A stretch of DNA of 64,000 nucleotides, taken from the sequence record NC_014636.1; one strand, given 5' to 3'. Below, piece by piece: positions 8,176-17,143 of this stretch. The stretch's first letter is position 1. The number at the start of each line of letters is the position of its first letter. The notes under the pieces were generated by a model that was not told the origin of the DNA, made no database searches, and saw only the letters and a list, made by a program, of their open reading frames with translations. Made by a program: the position numbers and the translations under genes.

Positions 8176-8736
8176 TTAGATCTGATATTTCAGTTTTGCC
8201 TGAGATTTAACATTAACTCGTTTAAACCAACCGTTTTCATGTCGATACCAGTCATAGCGTTGATCCATAACGTAAATGCGGCCATAATCGTCGTGAAACA
8301 TCATAGCATTAGCCATGGCATTACTAGCGGTAGAACTGTAGCTCATAACATCTTCCGCGTAAGTGAAACCATAGACAAACGTCATAAATCGAACATCAAC
8401 GCGCTGGGGTTTTTCGTTTTCTTTCAGAACGTGAAGAACGAAAGGTCTACCAACTGCGATCTCACGAACAACAGGTACCTCAGTTCGTTTATACAGCACA
8501 CCGTTTTCGATAGTGATGCCAGTGCCGAATGTATAGTCATCAGTGAACCACTTATCACCAACAACATGATGCATTAAACATTCTACCGTCATGTCTCTAT
8601 AACGGAATTTCAGACGCATAACACCGCGTTCTGGATCGAAGCTTACCAAAGTCATAACTTGACCGCTGATACTTGCTTGTGTACCGACTTCGAATTTTAC
8701 TTTAGCTGGTGTTTCATCTGCTTCTATGACGAACAT
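8176..8736 (-). CDS. Hypothetical protein (tandem family with 8736-10149)
   Basis: Coupled ORF; weak repeats (K.EVG..., HDD.GR.Y). Confidence 0.75.
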   Translation of the reverse strand: MFVIEADETPAKVKFEVGTQASISGQVMTLVSFDPERGVMRLKFRYRDMTVECLMHHVVGDKWFTDDYTFGTGITIENGVLYKRTEVPVVREIAVGRPFVLHVLKENEKPQRVDVRFMTFVYGFTYAEDVMSYSSTASNAMANAMMFHDDYGRIYVMDQRYDWYRHENGWFKRVNVKSQAKLKYQI

Positions 8737-9290
8737 TATTCAAATCTCCAATTCAAGTCTTGTTCCAAACGAACAAATTCACCATTTCGGTTTGTGTAAA
8801 GTTGAGTCGCTTGGTAGTCGTCGTCCTCAACATAAACAGCATAATAGGACCTGCCCAAATCGTCAAGCAAAACCATACACGGATCATCTTGAGTTGAGCT
8901 AAATGTCACATGATCAACATCGATTTCGTTGTTTTTCCAGTGCATGGTGATAGCGGTTTGTGCGATAGCACGTACCCATATCTGTTTACCATCAATTGGA
9001 ATCTGAACTTCGTTGCCAGGCAAAATGGAGCTCGTATCGGCAAAATACAGTTTTCCATTCTCCATGCTGTAATCAGACATCGTACTGAGATACATTCTAG
9101 GCGATTTGCACTTGTCCATAGTGCTGTACCATCTGCCACACTCTGCATATGCCAGCTCGATTCGTGCGATACTGGAAACAGTTATTACGATTCGGTCAGT
9201 CAAGATCTCGGTAAGAGTACCGATCAAACCCTTAACTTTCACAGTGCTGCCAATTTCAACTTCTCGTTTTTCACAATCATAACAAAACAT
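8736..9290 (-). CDS. Hypothetical protein
   Basis: Start/stop coupled ORF. Confidence 0.75.
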   Translation of the reverse strand: MFCYDCEKREVEIGSTVKVKGLIGTLTEILTDRIVITVSSIARIELAYAECGRWYSTMDKCKSPRMYLSTMSDYSMENGKLYFADTSSILPGNEVQIPIDGKQIWVRAIAQTAITMHWKNNEIDVDHVTFSSTQDDPCMVLLDDLGRSYYAVYVEDDDYQATQLYTNRNGEFVRLEQDLNWRFE

Positions 9291-9607
9291 TATGATTCAC
9301 TCCATGCATAGCCGTTAATGGTACAATCGAATGCTATCTGATTCGAAACATTCAAGTCAACAACTTTTATTGTTCCGAATGCTTCGAAAACATAGAACAG
9401 TCGGCGGCTTGTGGTTTCAACAACATAAGCACGATTTCCGCGAGTTGCATCAGGAATAAGAACAAATTCGCCGAATCGTTGCATGATTCCCTCAATCATT
9501 CTTACTGTGCCTTTATAGTACCGATTACCGGTGTCATGGTCGCATACACAGAAATCAATGATTTTATTAAGGCTCAGATAATCCGGCCCACCAATACGCT
9601 TAATCAT
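9290..9607 (-). CDS. Hypothetical protein
   Basis: Start moved to MIKRIG (ATGA overlap). Confidence 0.7.
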   Translation of the reverse strand: MIKRIGGPDYLSLNKIIDFCVCDHDTGNRYYKGTVRMIEGIMQRFGEFVLIPDATRGNRAYVVETTSRRLFYVFEAFGTIKVVDLNVSNQIAFDCTINGYAWSES

Positions 9608-10149
9608 GCTCTGTATCCTTCGATTGTGCAAATGTGGGTATTGTTGATCCACATACGCTGATTTGCGTCCGGCTCTACAAAATAGAGTGTTTGATTGCAA
9701 CCAATGATAACACGTTCAACCGCGTTTGCAATAACCACGATTGCATTTTTCGCGGCTTTGTTGTTGAAAGTGATCTCGCCTTTCTTGATGTCATAAGAGC
9801 CAACAGCAGCAACAACACCTTGGTGATCTTTGCCTTCAACACGGAATTTGATTTGCTCACCGGCTCGAATCGGCTCTCTTACACCGAAGTCATACATGTT
9901 ACCGAAACTGCTACCATAACGAGAGTTCATACCGCTACCACGACAGAATCCCATACCCATATCATAGCGATACCGATACGATTTGCCATGATCTTGGAAG
10001 AATTCCATGTTGATAACTGTGCCGTCTTCGATATCGATAACAACGACTTTCTTGCCTTCGATGCTTTGAATCTGAACAACGCGATCCTTGCAAAACAAGA
10101 ATTTATCGCCGACATTCAGACGTTTTACATCATTTACCTTAACAATCAT
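9604..10149 (-). CDS. Hypothetical protein
   Basis: GAGG SD. Confidence 0.75.
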   Translation of the reverse strand: MIVKVNDVKRLNVGDKFLFCKDRVVQIQSIEGKKVVVIDIEDGTVINMEFFQDHGKSYRYRYDMGMGFCRGSGMNSRYGSSFGNMYDFGVREPIRAGEQIKFRVEGKDHQGVVAAVGSYDIKKGEITFNNKAAKNAIVVIANAVERVIIGCNQTLYFVEPDANQRMWINNTHICTIEGYRA

Positions 10150-10151
10150 AA

Positions 10152-10328
10152 TTAACCTCTATTGATTTTCATTTCACGTTTGAGCCGTTCGATACGCTGC
10201 TTAACAGCAATACCGTCAGGAGTACACACAGAAGCACCAGACGCGGTATGAATCTGCATAGCATACGCATTGATCTTGATCATCGGTTTGTACTTCATGC
10301 GATTCAGTAGACGTTTAAAAATGTTCAT
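10152..10328 (-). CDS. Small hypothetical protein (58 aa)
   Basis: Manual: MNIFKRLLNRMKYK...; AAGGAG SD. Confidence 0.7.
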   Translation of the reverse strand: MNIFKRLLNRMKYKPMIKINAYAMQIHTASGASVCTPDGIAVKQRIERLKREMKINRG

Positions 10329-10350
10329 AGTGTTCTCCTTTAATGTCTCC

Positions 10351-10379
10351 AGTATAGCTATCTGCCAATTGATGTCAAG
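10351..10379 (-). promoter_or_regulatory. Early promoter
   Basis: CTTGAC-N17-TATACT. Confidence 0.75.
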
Positions 10380-10392
10380 TAAAAAGTCGAAG

Positions 10393-10511
10393 ACCGCGAG
10401 CGAAGCGAGCTAGAAAGACAAAATAAAATGTCTTATATATCTTATATGAGAATTTACTTTGTCTTTTTCTTATAATTCAACGAGTTAGCGGCTACGCCGC
10501 AATCTTCGATT
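10393..10511. repeat. 119-bp structured dispersed repeat, copy 1
   Basis: Similar to 50121-50239: GCGAGCGAAGCGAGC, AT-rich imperfect palindrome, terminal GCGGC-TAC-GCCGC hairpin. Confidence 0.9.
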
Positions 10512-10971
10512 AGTAACGAAGTGTGGTAGGTGTCAGTTCGATTGTACCATTTTCAAAATTCAACTCGATACGATACCAGTTACCACGCTCAGTTTTGATA
10601 TGGCTATCTCGGGTAACATCACAGTTCGGACTAGCCCACTGTAGTGTGTTCTTGATGCCTTGTGGTGTTCTATCTGAACTCATTACGATCATAACGGATT
10701 TACCCAAATTGGTAATGCAGCCGCTAGATATAAAATCGGCGTCAAATTTATCCTGTGATACATTAAACGGCATTTGCACAAAACGCGCTGGAATGACTAC
10801 CAAATCGTTTCCTAGATAGACTGATATGTCTCCACTATCTATATCAAGCATCGCGTCCAACTTCGTTCCACACACGTAGGCGTGATATAACTCGATTACT
10901 TGATTTGCAGTCATTTCAGGACGATCTTTGTATGCCCTGAACATAGACATATTAACAATTTTAACTTTCAT
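10510..10971 (-). CDS. Hypothetical protein
   Basis: GGAG SD. Confidence 0.75.
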   Translation of the reverse strand: MKVKIVNMSMFRAYKDRPEMTANQVIELYHAYVCGTKLDAMLDIDSGDISVYLGNDLVVIPARFVQMPFNVSQDKFDADFISSGCITNLGKSVMIVMSSDRTPQGIKNTLQWASPNCDVTRDSHIKTERGNWYRIELNFENGTIELTPTTLRY

Positions 10972-10988
10972 TTTTTCTCCATACGAAA

Positions 10989-11006
10989 AAGGCCCCTAAG
11001 GGCCTT
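10989..11006 (-). terminator. Terminator
   Basis: AAGGCCC-TTAG-GGGCCTT + T-run. Confidence 0.8.
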
Positions 11007-11011
11007 TGGGA

Positions 11012-11227
11012 TTAGCGTACAATCTCAAGATGTAAATCGCTAATTGCATCGATGATTGTGCCGTCTTGCAGCTTGATATCATAGTAGCGATCACAAGCTT
11101 CCTGCAAGATTTCGACTTGTTCACCGTAGATCTGTGCTTGCATCAGCTTGGCAAAACCTTCTTTGCCAAAAGAGAATTCCCACTCAGATGCATCAACGAT
11201 TTGCAGATTTTTGATGATTGCTTTCAT
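11012..11227 (-). CDS. Hypothetical early protein
   Basis: GAGG SD, conserved leader. Confidence 0.8.
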   Translation of the reverse strand: MKAIIKNLQIVDASEWEFSFGKEGFAKLMQAQIYGEQVEILQEACDRYYDIKLQDGTIIDAISDLHLEIVR

Positions 11228-11262
11228 GATATTTTCCTCAGTTGTTTTGTTTCAGTGAGGAC

Positions 11263-11291
11263 ATAATATCATAACCAGATATTAGTGCAAG
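11263..11291 (-). promoter_or_regulatory. Early promoter
   Basis: CTTGCA-N17-TATTAT; TAATATC/GATATTA inverted repeat. Confidence 0.75.
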
Positions 11292-11629
11292 TGCTTTTCG
11301 AAAAACTTACCATACAGATCTGATTTTTGATCTCGAAGAAACCGGATTTTAGCGTCCGCGTTGATCTTGAACTCATGTTTCGGTGATTTGGCGATCACCT
11401 TGACATCGTAACCAGTCAGCACACGTTCAAAATTCACATTAGGAACTTTGATAAAATGAATGTGCTCGACAACGCAACCATAACTCCAAACGTGTTCGGA
11501 GATTGCTTTAGTTACCATCGCGGGAATAGTGTAAATCTCTTTGACCTTAACACCCTCAATATGACCGTCTTTGATCATGTTCATGTAAACAGCCATGGAC
11601 GCTTTCATGTCTTCTTTCTTGATAAACAT
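11282..11629 (-). CDS. Hypothetical protein
   Basis: ORF in co-oriented run. Confidence 0.75.
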   Translation of the reverse strand: MFIKKEDMKASMAVYMNMIKDGHIEGVKVKEIYTIPAMVTKAISEHVWSYGCVVEHIHFIKVPNVNFERVLTGYDVKVIAKSPKHEFKINADAKIRFLRDQKSDLYGKFFEKHLH

Positions 11630-11638
11630 AATATTTCC

Positions 11639-11869
11639 TTAGATAAATTCCAAATATTTGCCTGGGATGTCTTCAAACAGAGTGCCGCGAATTTCGAGCA
11701 CATACCCTGTTTCAGTTTCTTCTACATCAAAAACGGTGCGCTCTCGGCTGTGATAGTGCATCGCATGAATGCCGTGAATACCAACAGCGGTGTAAAGATC
11801 GTCGCTTTCATCTGAACAAATGAATTGCTCGACATTGTTACCCGCAAACTGTTTGATCCGTGCTTTCAT
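11639..11869 (-). CDS. Hypothetical protein
   Basis: Start moved to MKARIK (TAATG overlap). Confidence 0.7.
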   Translation of the reverse strand: MKARIKQFAGNNVEQFICSDESDDLYTAVGIHGIHAMHYHSRERTVFDVEETETGYVLEIRGTLFEDIPGKYLEFI

Positions 11870-12249
11870 TAACGACCACTCCGAATTGCAATGAAACCGT
11901 AATAACCGTTTGCAGATGCTGGATTCATTGCCTTTTTCCAATCGCTAACGTGACCGCGAACATACTTAGAAGCAGCTTTCCAACTAGCGGCTTTCAGAAT
12001 GTCGCCAGTAGTCATATCGACAAACCAGACAACACTTGCCGCGCTACCACTCCAATTGGACATTACGATCCGAGCATTCTTTTTGCCATACTCGACGCTG
12101 TACTTGTTACGGTTCAGGTTGTGTTCGAGGAAGGTTTTAACGTGTTCCTCGTCGTGTTCTTTGCGCATTCTAGGGACAACGATATCCCAATATTGATGCT
12201 CGCCGAATTCGTTCATTTCCTTAACCATTTGCTCGATAGCTGTTTTCAT
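11869..12249 (-). CDS. Conserved hypothetical phage protein
   Basis: Start moved to MKTAIE; TGDILKAASWKA motif typical of a T4-like family. Confidence 0.8.
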   Translation of the reverse strand: MKTAIEQMVKEMNEFGEHQYWDIVVPRMRKEHDEEHVKTFLEHNLNRNKYSVEYGKKNARIVMSNWSGSAASVVWFVDMTTGDILKAASWKAASKYVRGHVSDWKKAMNPASANGYYGFIAIRSGR

Positions 12250-12259
12250 GATTTTATCC

Positions 12260-12400
12260 TCAGAACAGAACACAAACAACGAAGGTGATAACACCAGCAA
12301 CGATAACAGCGGCTTCCAGAGCATGATCTTTGATCATGTTAGCACGACGTTGTTTAGCCATACCTTCCCACAGAGTCATTTCTTTTTTGCTGTTAAACAT
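12260..12400 (-). CDS. Small membrane-anchored protein (46 aa)
   Basis: Manual: MFNSKKEMTLWEG...VIVAGVITFVVCVLF*; GAGG SD. Confidence 0.75.
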   Translation of the reverse strand: MFNSKKEMTLWEGMAKQRRANMIKDHALEAAVIVAGVITFVVCVLF

Positions 12401-12439
12401 GATATTTTCCTCAGTTCGTTGTTTCGTTTCGATGGGGCT

Positions 12440-12468
12440 ATAATATCAGATCCAAACTATCGCGCAAG
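12440..12468 (-). promoter_or_regulatory. Early promoter
   Basis: CTTGCG-N17-TATTAT, leader CATCGAAACGAAAC. Confidence 0.75.
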
Positions 12469-12474
12469 CACTTT

Positions 12475-13056
12475 TTACGGAATTTGATAATCTTTTTCGA
12501 TTTCATCGAATTTAGATTTTACAGCTTCTTTCATTTCTTGATTATGAATCGGACAAGTCCGATCAACATGATAGAACGGATCGCCTTTCGTGTGCTTCGG
12601 ACAGGTGCATCCTGGTACATTGTATTCATGGAAAGATGCATCGAGATCGAAACCCCATAGAGCTTGCAAGCGGAATTCAATATCTTTCAGATCTGCAAGG
12701 ATTTCCGCAATCGTTTCATTGTTGATATCTCGCAGTTTCGCAGCGGTATCCGCATCGTGCTTTGAATAATCTTTCTTTGAGTAGTAAACGAGATTCTCCA
12801 TCGCACGTTTCCGCATGGTATGCAGTTTGCCGATTGCATGAATTGAGTCTTCATTCAGACCGCGATCCGTAGCGACTTTCATGTTTACAGTGGTGCGACT
12901 TTGCTTGAGTGAAAGAATCCATTCATCTTTCATCTTTTTCAAAAGATCCGCAACATGAGGTCGGTCTTTCGCTTCGAGCGCACCTAATCCTTTTATTACA
13001 TCGGCATGGGTACGGGTAATGTGCCAAAGTTCGGCATCGGTAATAAGTCTTTTCAT
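12475..13056 (-). CDS. Hypothetical protein with CTCP...CPIH putative metal site
   Basis: Start moved to MKRLIT (ATGA overlap). Confidence 0.75.
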   Translation of the reverse strand: MKRLITDAELWHITRTHADVIKGLGALEAKDRPHVADLLKKMKDEWILSLKQSRTTVNMKVATDRGLNEDSIHAIGKLHTMRKRAMENLVYYSKKDYSKHDADTAAKLRDINNETIAEILADLKDIEFRLQALWGFDLDASFHEYNVPGCTCPKHTKGDPFYHVDRTCPIHNQEMKEAVKSKFDEIEKDYQIP

Positions 13057-13289
13057 TTCATACACTCCATAAACTCTTTTAACCAATCTTCGTGGCCACG
13101 CTCTCTGGCGTACTCCATGACATCTTCGCCACCGGCGACTATATGCCTATATACCGACTCAAGGAAGTGATCCTCTTCACGAAGGCCGATGCTGGATTGC
13201 ATTTTCAGATGCCAGTGAATACCGTCCCGCAACTCAGTCAAGTCTATATGATTCTGTTTCCAACGAAAAACACGACTTTGATTTTTCAT
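13053..13289 (-). CDS. Hypothetical protein
   Basis: AAGGAG SD. Confidence 0.75.
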   Translation of the reverse strand: MKNQSRVFRWKQNHIDLTELRDGIHWHLKMQSSIGLREEDHFLESVYRHIVAGGEDVMEYARERGHEDWLKEFMECMK

Positions 13290-13311
13290 GATTTCTCCTT
13301 AAGTTGAGGGC

Positions 13312-13341
13312 ATTCTTACATGCCCTCCGTTCGTTGTCAAT
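13312..13341 (-). promoter_or_regulatory. Early promoter with inverted repeat around -10
   Basis: ATTGAC ... TAAGAAT; GAGGGCAT/ATGCCCTC arms. Confidence 0.7.
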
Positions 13342-14249
13342 TACTTACCGATATACCAAGCATAAACACTGTGGAAAGCGGAGCTTGCACTCTTACCGCC
13401 GCGAGCTTCGTATTCGGCGATGAAATCAGCTTTCATCTGAATCCCATCAGCCCAGATTTGATCTGCCAGCTTGGACGGCTTGTGACGTACAATCAGACCA
13501 CTCGGTGCAGTGTGACGCTTGGCAGTGCTGGTAGTGTTAGCAGCAATCGGCATAACAGTAGCGGCAGGCTTAACAACAGCGACCTTAACAGCTTTAGCGA
13601 TTGCAACTTTTTTCTGGGTAGCAACAACACCAGTTTTCACAGTATACGGAGCAACTTCGTTGGCGCGAGTCGGAACGGAAGTCATTGCAGTTTTTTCAAC
13701 AACACCAACAAAGTTAGCTTTGGTCAGCGGACGCATAATGCCGTTTACTTCCACGCGATAGCTCTTGCCTTCTTGGATTTTGTTGTGACGTACTGGACCC
13801 AGCTTAACAACTTTACCGTGGACGTTGTATTCGTATTCAGCACAAGCAACTTCCAGCTGGTGATAAGTCTCGGAAGAGCCGTTCAGCATTGCGTGGATGA
13901 ACTTCCAACGAGAGTCGTGGCCAGATTTGTTGCGCTGAACATAATCAACAATGTGCGCGATTTCGTGGCTAACAGTTTCGTCCAGCAGATGCCACCAAGC
14001 TTTTTCGCTCATGATCATCATGTTTACGTTGAAGCGGATGGTGTATTTGCGAGAATCATAACCACCGAACTTAGAACCTACCATCTTAGCTTGACCAGCA
14101 GCGCGACCTTTCATGTTGAATTCAACTTTCAGGTTTTTGCCAATCACGAGGTCAACGTTGAAACATTCTTTCGCCAGAGCCAGATCATGAGCGATGCGAG
14201 CATTCAGAGCGGCGATGGCGTGTTGTTTCATTTCGATGGTAGTCAGCAT
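13341..14249 (-). CDS. SprT-like zinc metalloprotease
   Basis: FNMKGRAAGQA, TVSHEIAH (HExxH), GH...WK..; A/T/V/K-rich linker and extra C-terminal domain. Confidence 0.85.
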   Translation of the reverse strand: MLTTIEMKQHAIAALNARIAHDLALAKECFNVDLVIGKNLKVEFNMKGRAAGQAKMVGSKFGGYDSRKYTIRFNVNMMIMSEKAWWHLLDETVSHEIAHIVDYVQRNKSGHDSRWKFIHAMLNGSSETYHQLEVACAEYEYNVHGKVVKLGPVRHNKIQEGKSYRVEVNGIMRPLTKANFVGVVEKTAMTSVPTRANEVAPYTVKTGVVATQKKVAIAKAVKVAVVKPAATVMPIAANTTSTAKRHTAPSGLIVRHKPSKLADQIWADGIQMKADFIAEYEARGGKSASSAFHSVYAWYIGK

Positions 14250-14285
14250 GATGTTTTCCTCAGGTTGTTTCGTTTCGATGTGGCT

Positions 14286-14314
14286 ATATTACCATATTCC
14301 AACACCAGTGCAAG
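14286..14314 (-). promoter_or_regulatory. Early promoter
   Basis: CTTGCA-N17-TAATAT. Confidence 0.75.
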
Positions 14315-14340
14315 CACCTTTTCGAAAAAATTAAAAAAAA

Positions 14341-14358
14341 ATCCCGCCGAAGCGGGAT
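14341..14358 (-). terminator. Terminator
   Basis: ATCCCGC-TTCG-GCGGGAT + long T-run. Confidence 0.9.
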
Positions 14359-14654
14359 TACTTATTTTTAGTTGCCATAACTAACAGTTTACGGAGTCTC
14401 GCACTGTCAATATGTGATTTCAACTCGTCGGCGATTTCCTCGGTATTATGTGATTCGCGATTTTTCATATAGGATTCAAAGACATCATTCACACTATCAA
14501 ACCCACGGAATCGCTTGATTCGTCGTTCTGTGATCTTTCTAACCAGATATGATTCAAGACGCTCAAGACGGAAATCCACCTTTTCCATCATCACCGCGAA
14601 TCCATACTTGATAAGAAACAGAATACCGACCAACTTATCATTATGTTTTTTCAT
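14358..14654 (-). CDS. Hypothetical protein
   Basis: AAGGTG SD. Confidence 0.7.
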   Translation of the reverse strand: MKKHNDKLVGILFLIKYGFAVMMEKVDFRLERLESYLVRKITERRIKRFRGFDSVNDVFESYMKNRESHNTEEIADELKSHIDSARLRKLLVMATKNK

Positions 14655-14672
14655 ACATCACCTTATAAGAAA

Positions 14673-14690
14673 AGAGGGCTTTCGCCCTCT
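14673..14690 (-). terminator. Terminator after SPFH gene
   Basis: AGAGGGC-GAAA-GCCCTCT + T-run. Confidence 0.85.
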
Positions 14691-14696
14691 TATTGA

Positions 14697-15644
14697 TTAC
14701 TGCATTTGTTTCAGAAACAGCGGAGCTTGACCTTGACCCATCAGAGTGAAGTTGGCAGGAACTTGACCGTTCCAACCAGCACCAGCTTGTTTCATTTGTA
14801 CCTCAATTCGTTTCAGTTCAACGATTTGCGGAGTCAGAGAAGATGCCAGTTTGTTGTTACCGATCGCGGTCTGTTCAGCCATGTAACGTTCCGCATCAGC
14901 TTTCTGTTTTACACCATCAGCGTAAGCTTTGGCTTCAACGAAAGTTTTGTAAGCATTAGCTTCATACTTGGCTTTATCAGCAGCAGCTTGACCTTTAGCG
15001 GTTTCTTCGGTACGTTTCGCAGTAGTTTGAGCGATTCGCAGTTGAGATTTTTCCGCTTCTTCTTTCTGGATTCGATCTTGAGTTTGCAGAATTTGGTTCT
15101 GGATACGCGGATCGAAAGTTACGTCCTGAATCAACACATCTTGCAGAGTGATACCAGTACCAGTCAATGCTTCTTGCAGACGACGCTTGGTATTCTCTTG
15201 CATTGCGGTTACATTGAAACTGTCAGCCAAGCCGCGAGAGTCGGAGATTTTACGACCTTCGTCTTTGATAATGCTAGTCAGGAATTGAGACATCGCCTTA
15301 TCAACGAACATTTCCATAGTACCGTAGTTCTTTTTGATGTACGGGGTTTTTGCGTTATCTACACGATACAGGACAGTAACATTAGCGGTGCTATTGAAAC
15401 GGTCTTTTGTCGGCAGAAGCAAGTTTTCTTTAACAAACTTGTTGTTTCTGGTGTCGAACACATCAAAGCCCATCATCGGGTTTACGAAGTGCAGGCCTTC
15501 TTCCAACGGTTTGTCTTGAACTTCACCCATGATGGTACCGACTTTGGTAGTACCAGCATCCACGATTGTGTAGCAGTTGAAGCCCAAGATCATGGCGAAC
15601 AGAACACCAACTACCACACCACCCAGTTTAATCAAATCTTTCAC
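14697..15644 (-). CDS. SPFH/band 7/prohibitin-family membrane protein
   Basis: N-terminal TM, LEEGLHFVNP, DVLIQDVTFDP, Ala/Glu-rich coiled coil, SLTPQ. Confidence 0.92.
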   Translation of the reverse strand: MKDLIKLGGVVVGVLFAMILGFNCYTIVDAGTTKVGTIMGEVQDKPLEEGLHFVNPMMGFDVFDTRNNKFVKENLLLPTKDRFNSTANVTVLYRVDNAKTPYIKKNYGTMEMFVDKAMSQFLTSIIKDEGRKISDSRGLADSFNVTAMQENTKRRLQEALTGTGITLQDVLIQDVTFDPRIQNQILQTQDRIQKEEAEKSQLRIAQTTAKRTEETAKGQAAADKAKYEANAYKTFVEAKAYADGVKQKADAERYMAEQTAIGNNKLASSLTPQIVELKRIEVQMKQAGAGWNGQVPANFTLMGQGQAPLFLKQMQ

Positions 15645-15647
15645 TTA

Positions 15648-15989
15648 TCATTCCTTTTTGAATTCCTCCAATACGGCATCAAAGTTTTCAACGTGGAATG
15701 CCGGGAGGCAACAGCTAAAGTTAGGCCGAACGAAATACTCGACCAGTTGATCGATAACCTTGTCGTTAAGACGGAAGTTATCTTTTTCATATGTTTCCCA
15801 TGCATCGCGGATCATTTTCTCGCTTACAGAGAAACACATATTCGTTACACCATACACTCGGGATTCAACAGTTTTACCATCCAGCAGCGCAATAAGATTT
15901 TGCACATTAGGAGAACTTACTTGATTTGCGCTAGTTGCGTTGTAGATTGCGCCAGCACGAATTTTCAGATTCATTGTTACGAAGTGCAT
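15648..15989 (-). CDS. Hypothetical protein
   Basis: GAGG SD. Confidence 0.75.
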   Translation of the reverse strand: MHFVTMNLKIRAGAIYNATSANQVSSPNVQNLIALLDGKTVESRVYGVTNMCFSVSEKMIRDAWETYEKDNFRLNDKVIDQLVEYFVRPNFSCCLPAFHVENFDAVLEEFKKE

Positions 15990-16021
15990 GATGTTTTCCT
16001 CATTCGTTATTTGATAGAGCC

Positions 16022-16051
16022 ATTATCGCATGGCTCCGGGCGTTAGTCAAC
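16022..16051 (-). promoter_or_regulatory. Early promoter with inverted repeat around -10
   Basis: GTTGAC ... GATAAT; GAGCCAT/ATGGCTC arms. Confidence 0.75.
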
Positions 16052-16071
16052 AAACTTTTTGATTTTGTTTA

Positions 16072-16509
16072 TTAACGGTCATCGTCCAGAACCATTTCAT
16101 CTTCATAGTAATCATCCATTTCCAGCGGATAATCCCAATTCAGAGATTCGAAATTATGTTCACGTTTAGCAATGTCGATACCGCATTGCTTGCACAGTTC
16201 ACAATAACGTTCGGCGGCTTTCTTCTTGAAGAACAGACGGTGTTTGTTGTAACTGTTCTTCACACCGACGTTACAATCGGTCAGACTGAATTCGCTATTG
16301 TGTTTGCCGATTTTACCATCACTGAACACATAACCAGCGGGAACAAACAGAGAAATACTTTCGTCCAACGGCTTCGGGATATGTTTCCAGATATGAACTT
16401 GCGGACGATTGCGCACGATATACTTGGTAACAAAAGAGTTTTCGCCAAGAGCGTGAACATAGTAAACAGTTTTACCGGCTTTGATATTCTTTGCATTCAT
16501 TTTTTTCAT
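16072..16509 (-). CDS. Hypothetical early protein
   Basis: GAGG SD. Confidence 0.8.
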   Translation of the reverse strand: MKKMNAKNIKAGKTVYYVHALGENSFVTKYIVRNRPQVHIWKHIPKPLDESISLFVPAGYVFSDGKIGKHNSEFSLTDCNVGVKNSYNKHRLFFKKKAAERYCELCKQCGIDIAKREHNFESLNWDYPLEMDDYYEDEMVLDDDR

Positions 16510-16582
16510 GATTTATTCCTCAGTTATTTGAACAGTGGAGAAAACAGTTGTTTTGTTTGACGTATCTCGTCTTGATGTGGTC

Positions 16583-16611
16583 ATAATAACAGGTACTAGG
16601 ACCACGTCAAG
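16583..16611 (-). promoter_or_regulatory. Early promoter
   Basis: CTTGAC-N17-TATTAT; GTGGTC/GACCAC arms. Confidence 0.75.
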
Positions 16612-16630
16612 AACTTTTTTAATTTTTCGA

Positions 16631-16804
16631 TTATTTCATCGGAATACCAGAGAATCCATTTTCGCGATACAGAATCAGGATGCCGACAATAGTCAGACCC
16701 AGCAGCGCAAATTTAACCAGCGCATCGTACCAAGTATCACGGCCCCAAATCATGCCAAGCAGACCGAAGATAATAGTGGAAACCCAAATTTGAAAAGCGA
16801 TCAT
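16631..16804 (-). CDS. Small two-TM membrane protein (57 aa)
   Basis: Manual: MIAFQIWVSTIIFGLLGMIWG...; GAGG SD. Confidence 0.75.
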   Translation of the reverse strand: MIAFQIWVSTIIFGLLGMIWGRDTWYDALVKFALLGLTIVGILILYRENGFSGIPMK

Positions 16805-16826
16805 GGTTTATACCTCAGTTTAGTTA

Positions 16827-17084
16827 TTAACGAGCCCAACCTGGCTTGTAGCATTCCCAAGTGATTTCGATTCCACAATCATCCGCAATTTGTTTTGCGA
16901 GATCGTGAGCATCAACAATGCTATCCTCGAAATCTTCGAAAATTTCTTGACCAAAAACATCTTCCGCTTCACCAGTAGCTTTTACGCCGTAGTGTTCTTC
17001 AACGACATCCTCGTCGTTTTCATCTTGATCCACTACTGCTTCATATGCGTAAATGATAACTTCGGTTTTGATTTCTTTGGTCAT
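16827..17084 (-). CDS. Acidic hypothetical protein
   Basis: Start moved to MTKEIK. Confidence 0.8.
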   Translation of the reverse strand: MTKEIKTEVIIYAYEAVVDQDENDEDVVEEHYGVKATGEAEDVFGQEIFEDFEDSIVDAHDLAKQIADDCGIEITWECYKPGWAR

Positions 17085-17114
17085 GATACTTTCCTCATTT
17101 GTCTTGATGTGGCC

Positions 17115-17143
17115 ATAATAACACGGCCACACCATGAGTCAAT
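17115..17143 (-). promoter_or_regulatory. Early promoter with inverted repeat
   Basis: ATTGAC-N17-TATTAT; GTGGCC/GGCCAC; 33 bp identical to promoter at 38250. Confidence 0.8.

Noticed and set aside
13320-14384. 354-aa plus-strand ORF and the other plus-strand ORFs in the track
   Set aside because: All overlap real minus-strand genes and lack plus-strand promoters or SDs.
14706-16046. 446-aa plus-strand ORF
   Set aside because: Antisense shadow of the SPFH gene; no SD or family motifs; genome is minus-strand coded.
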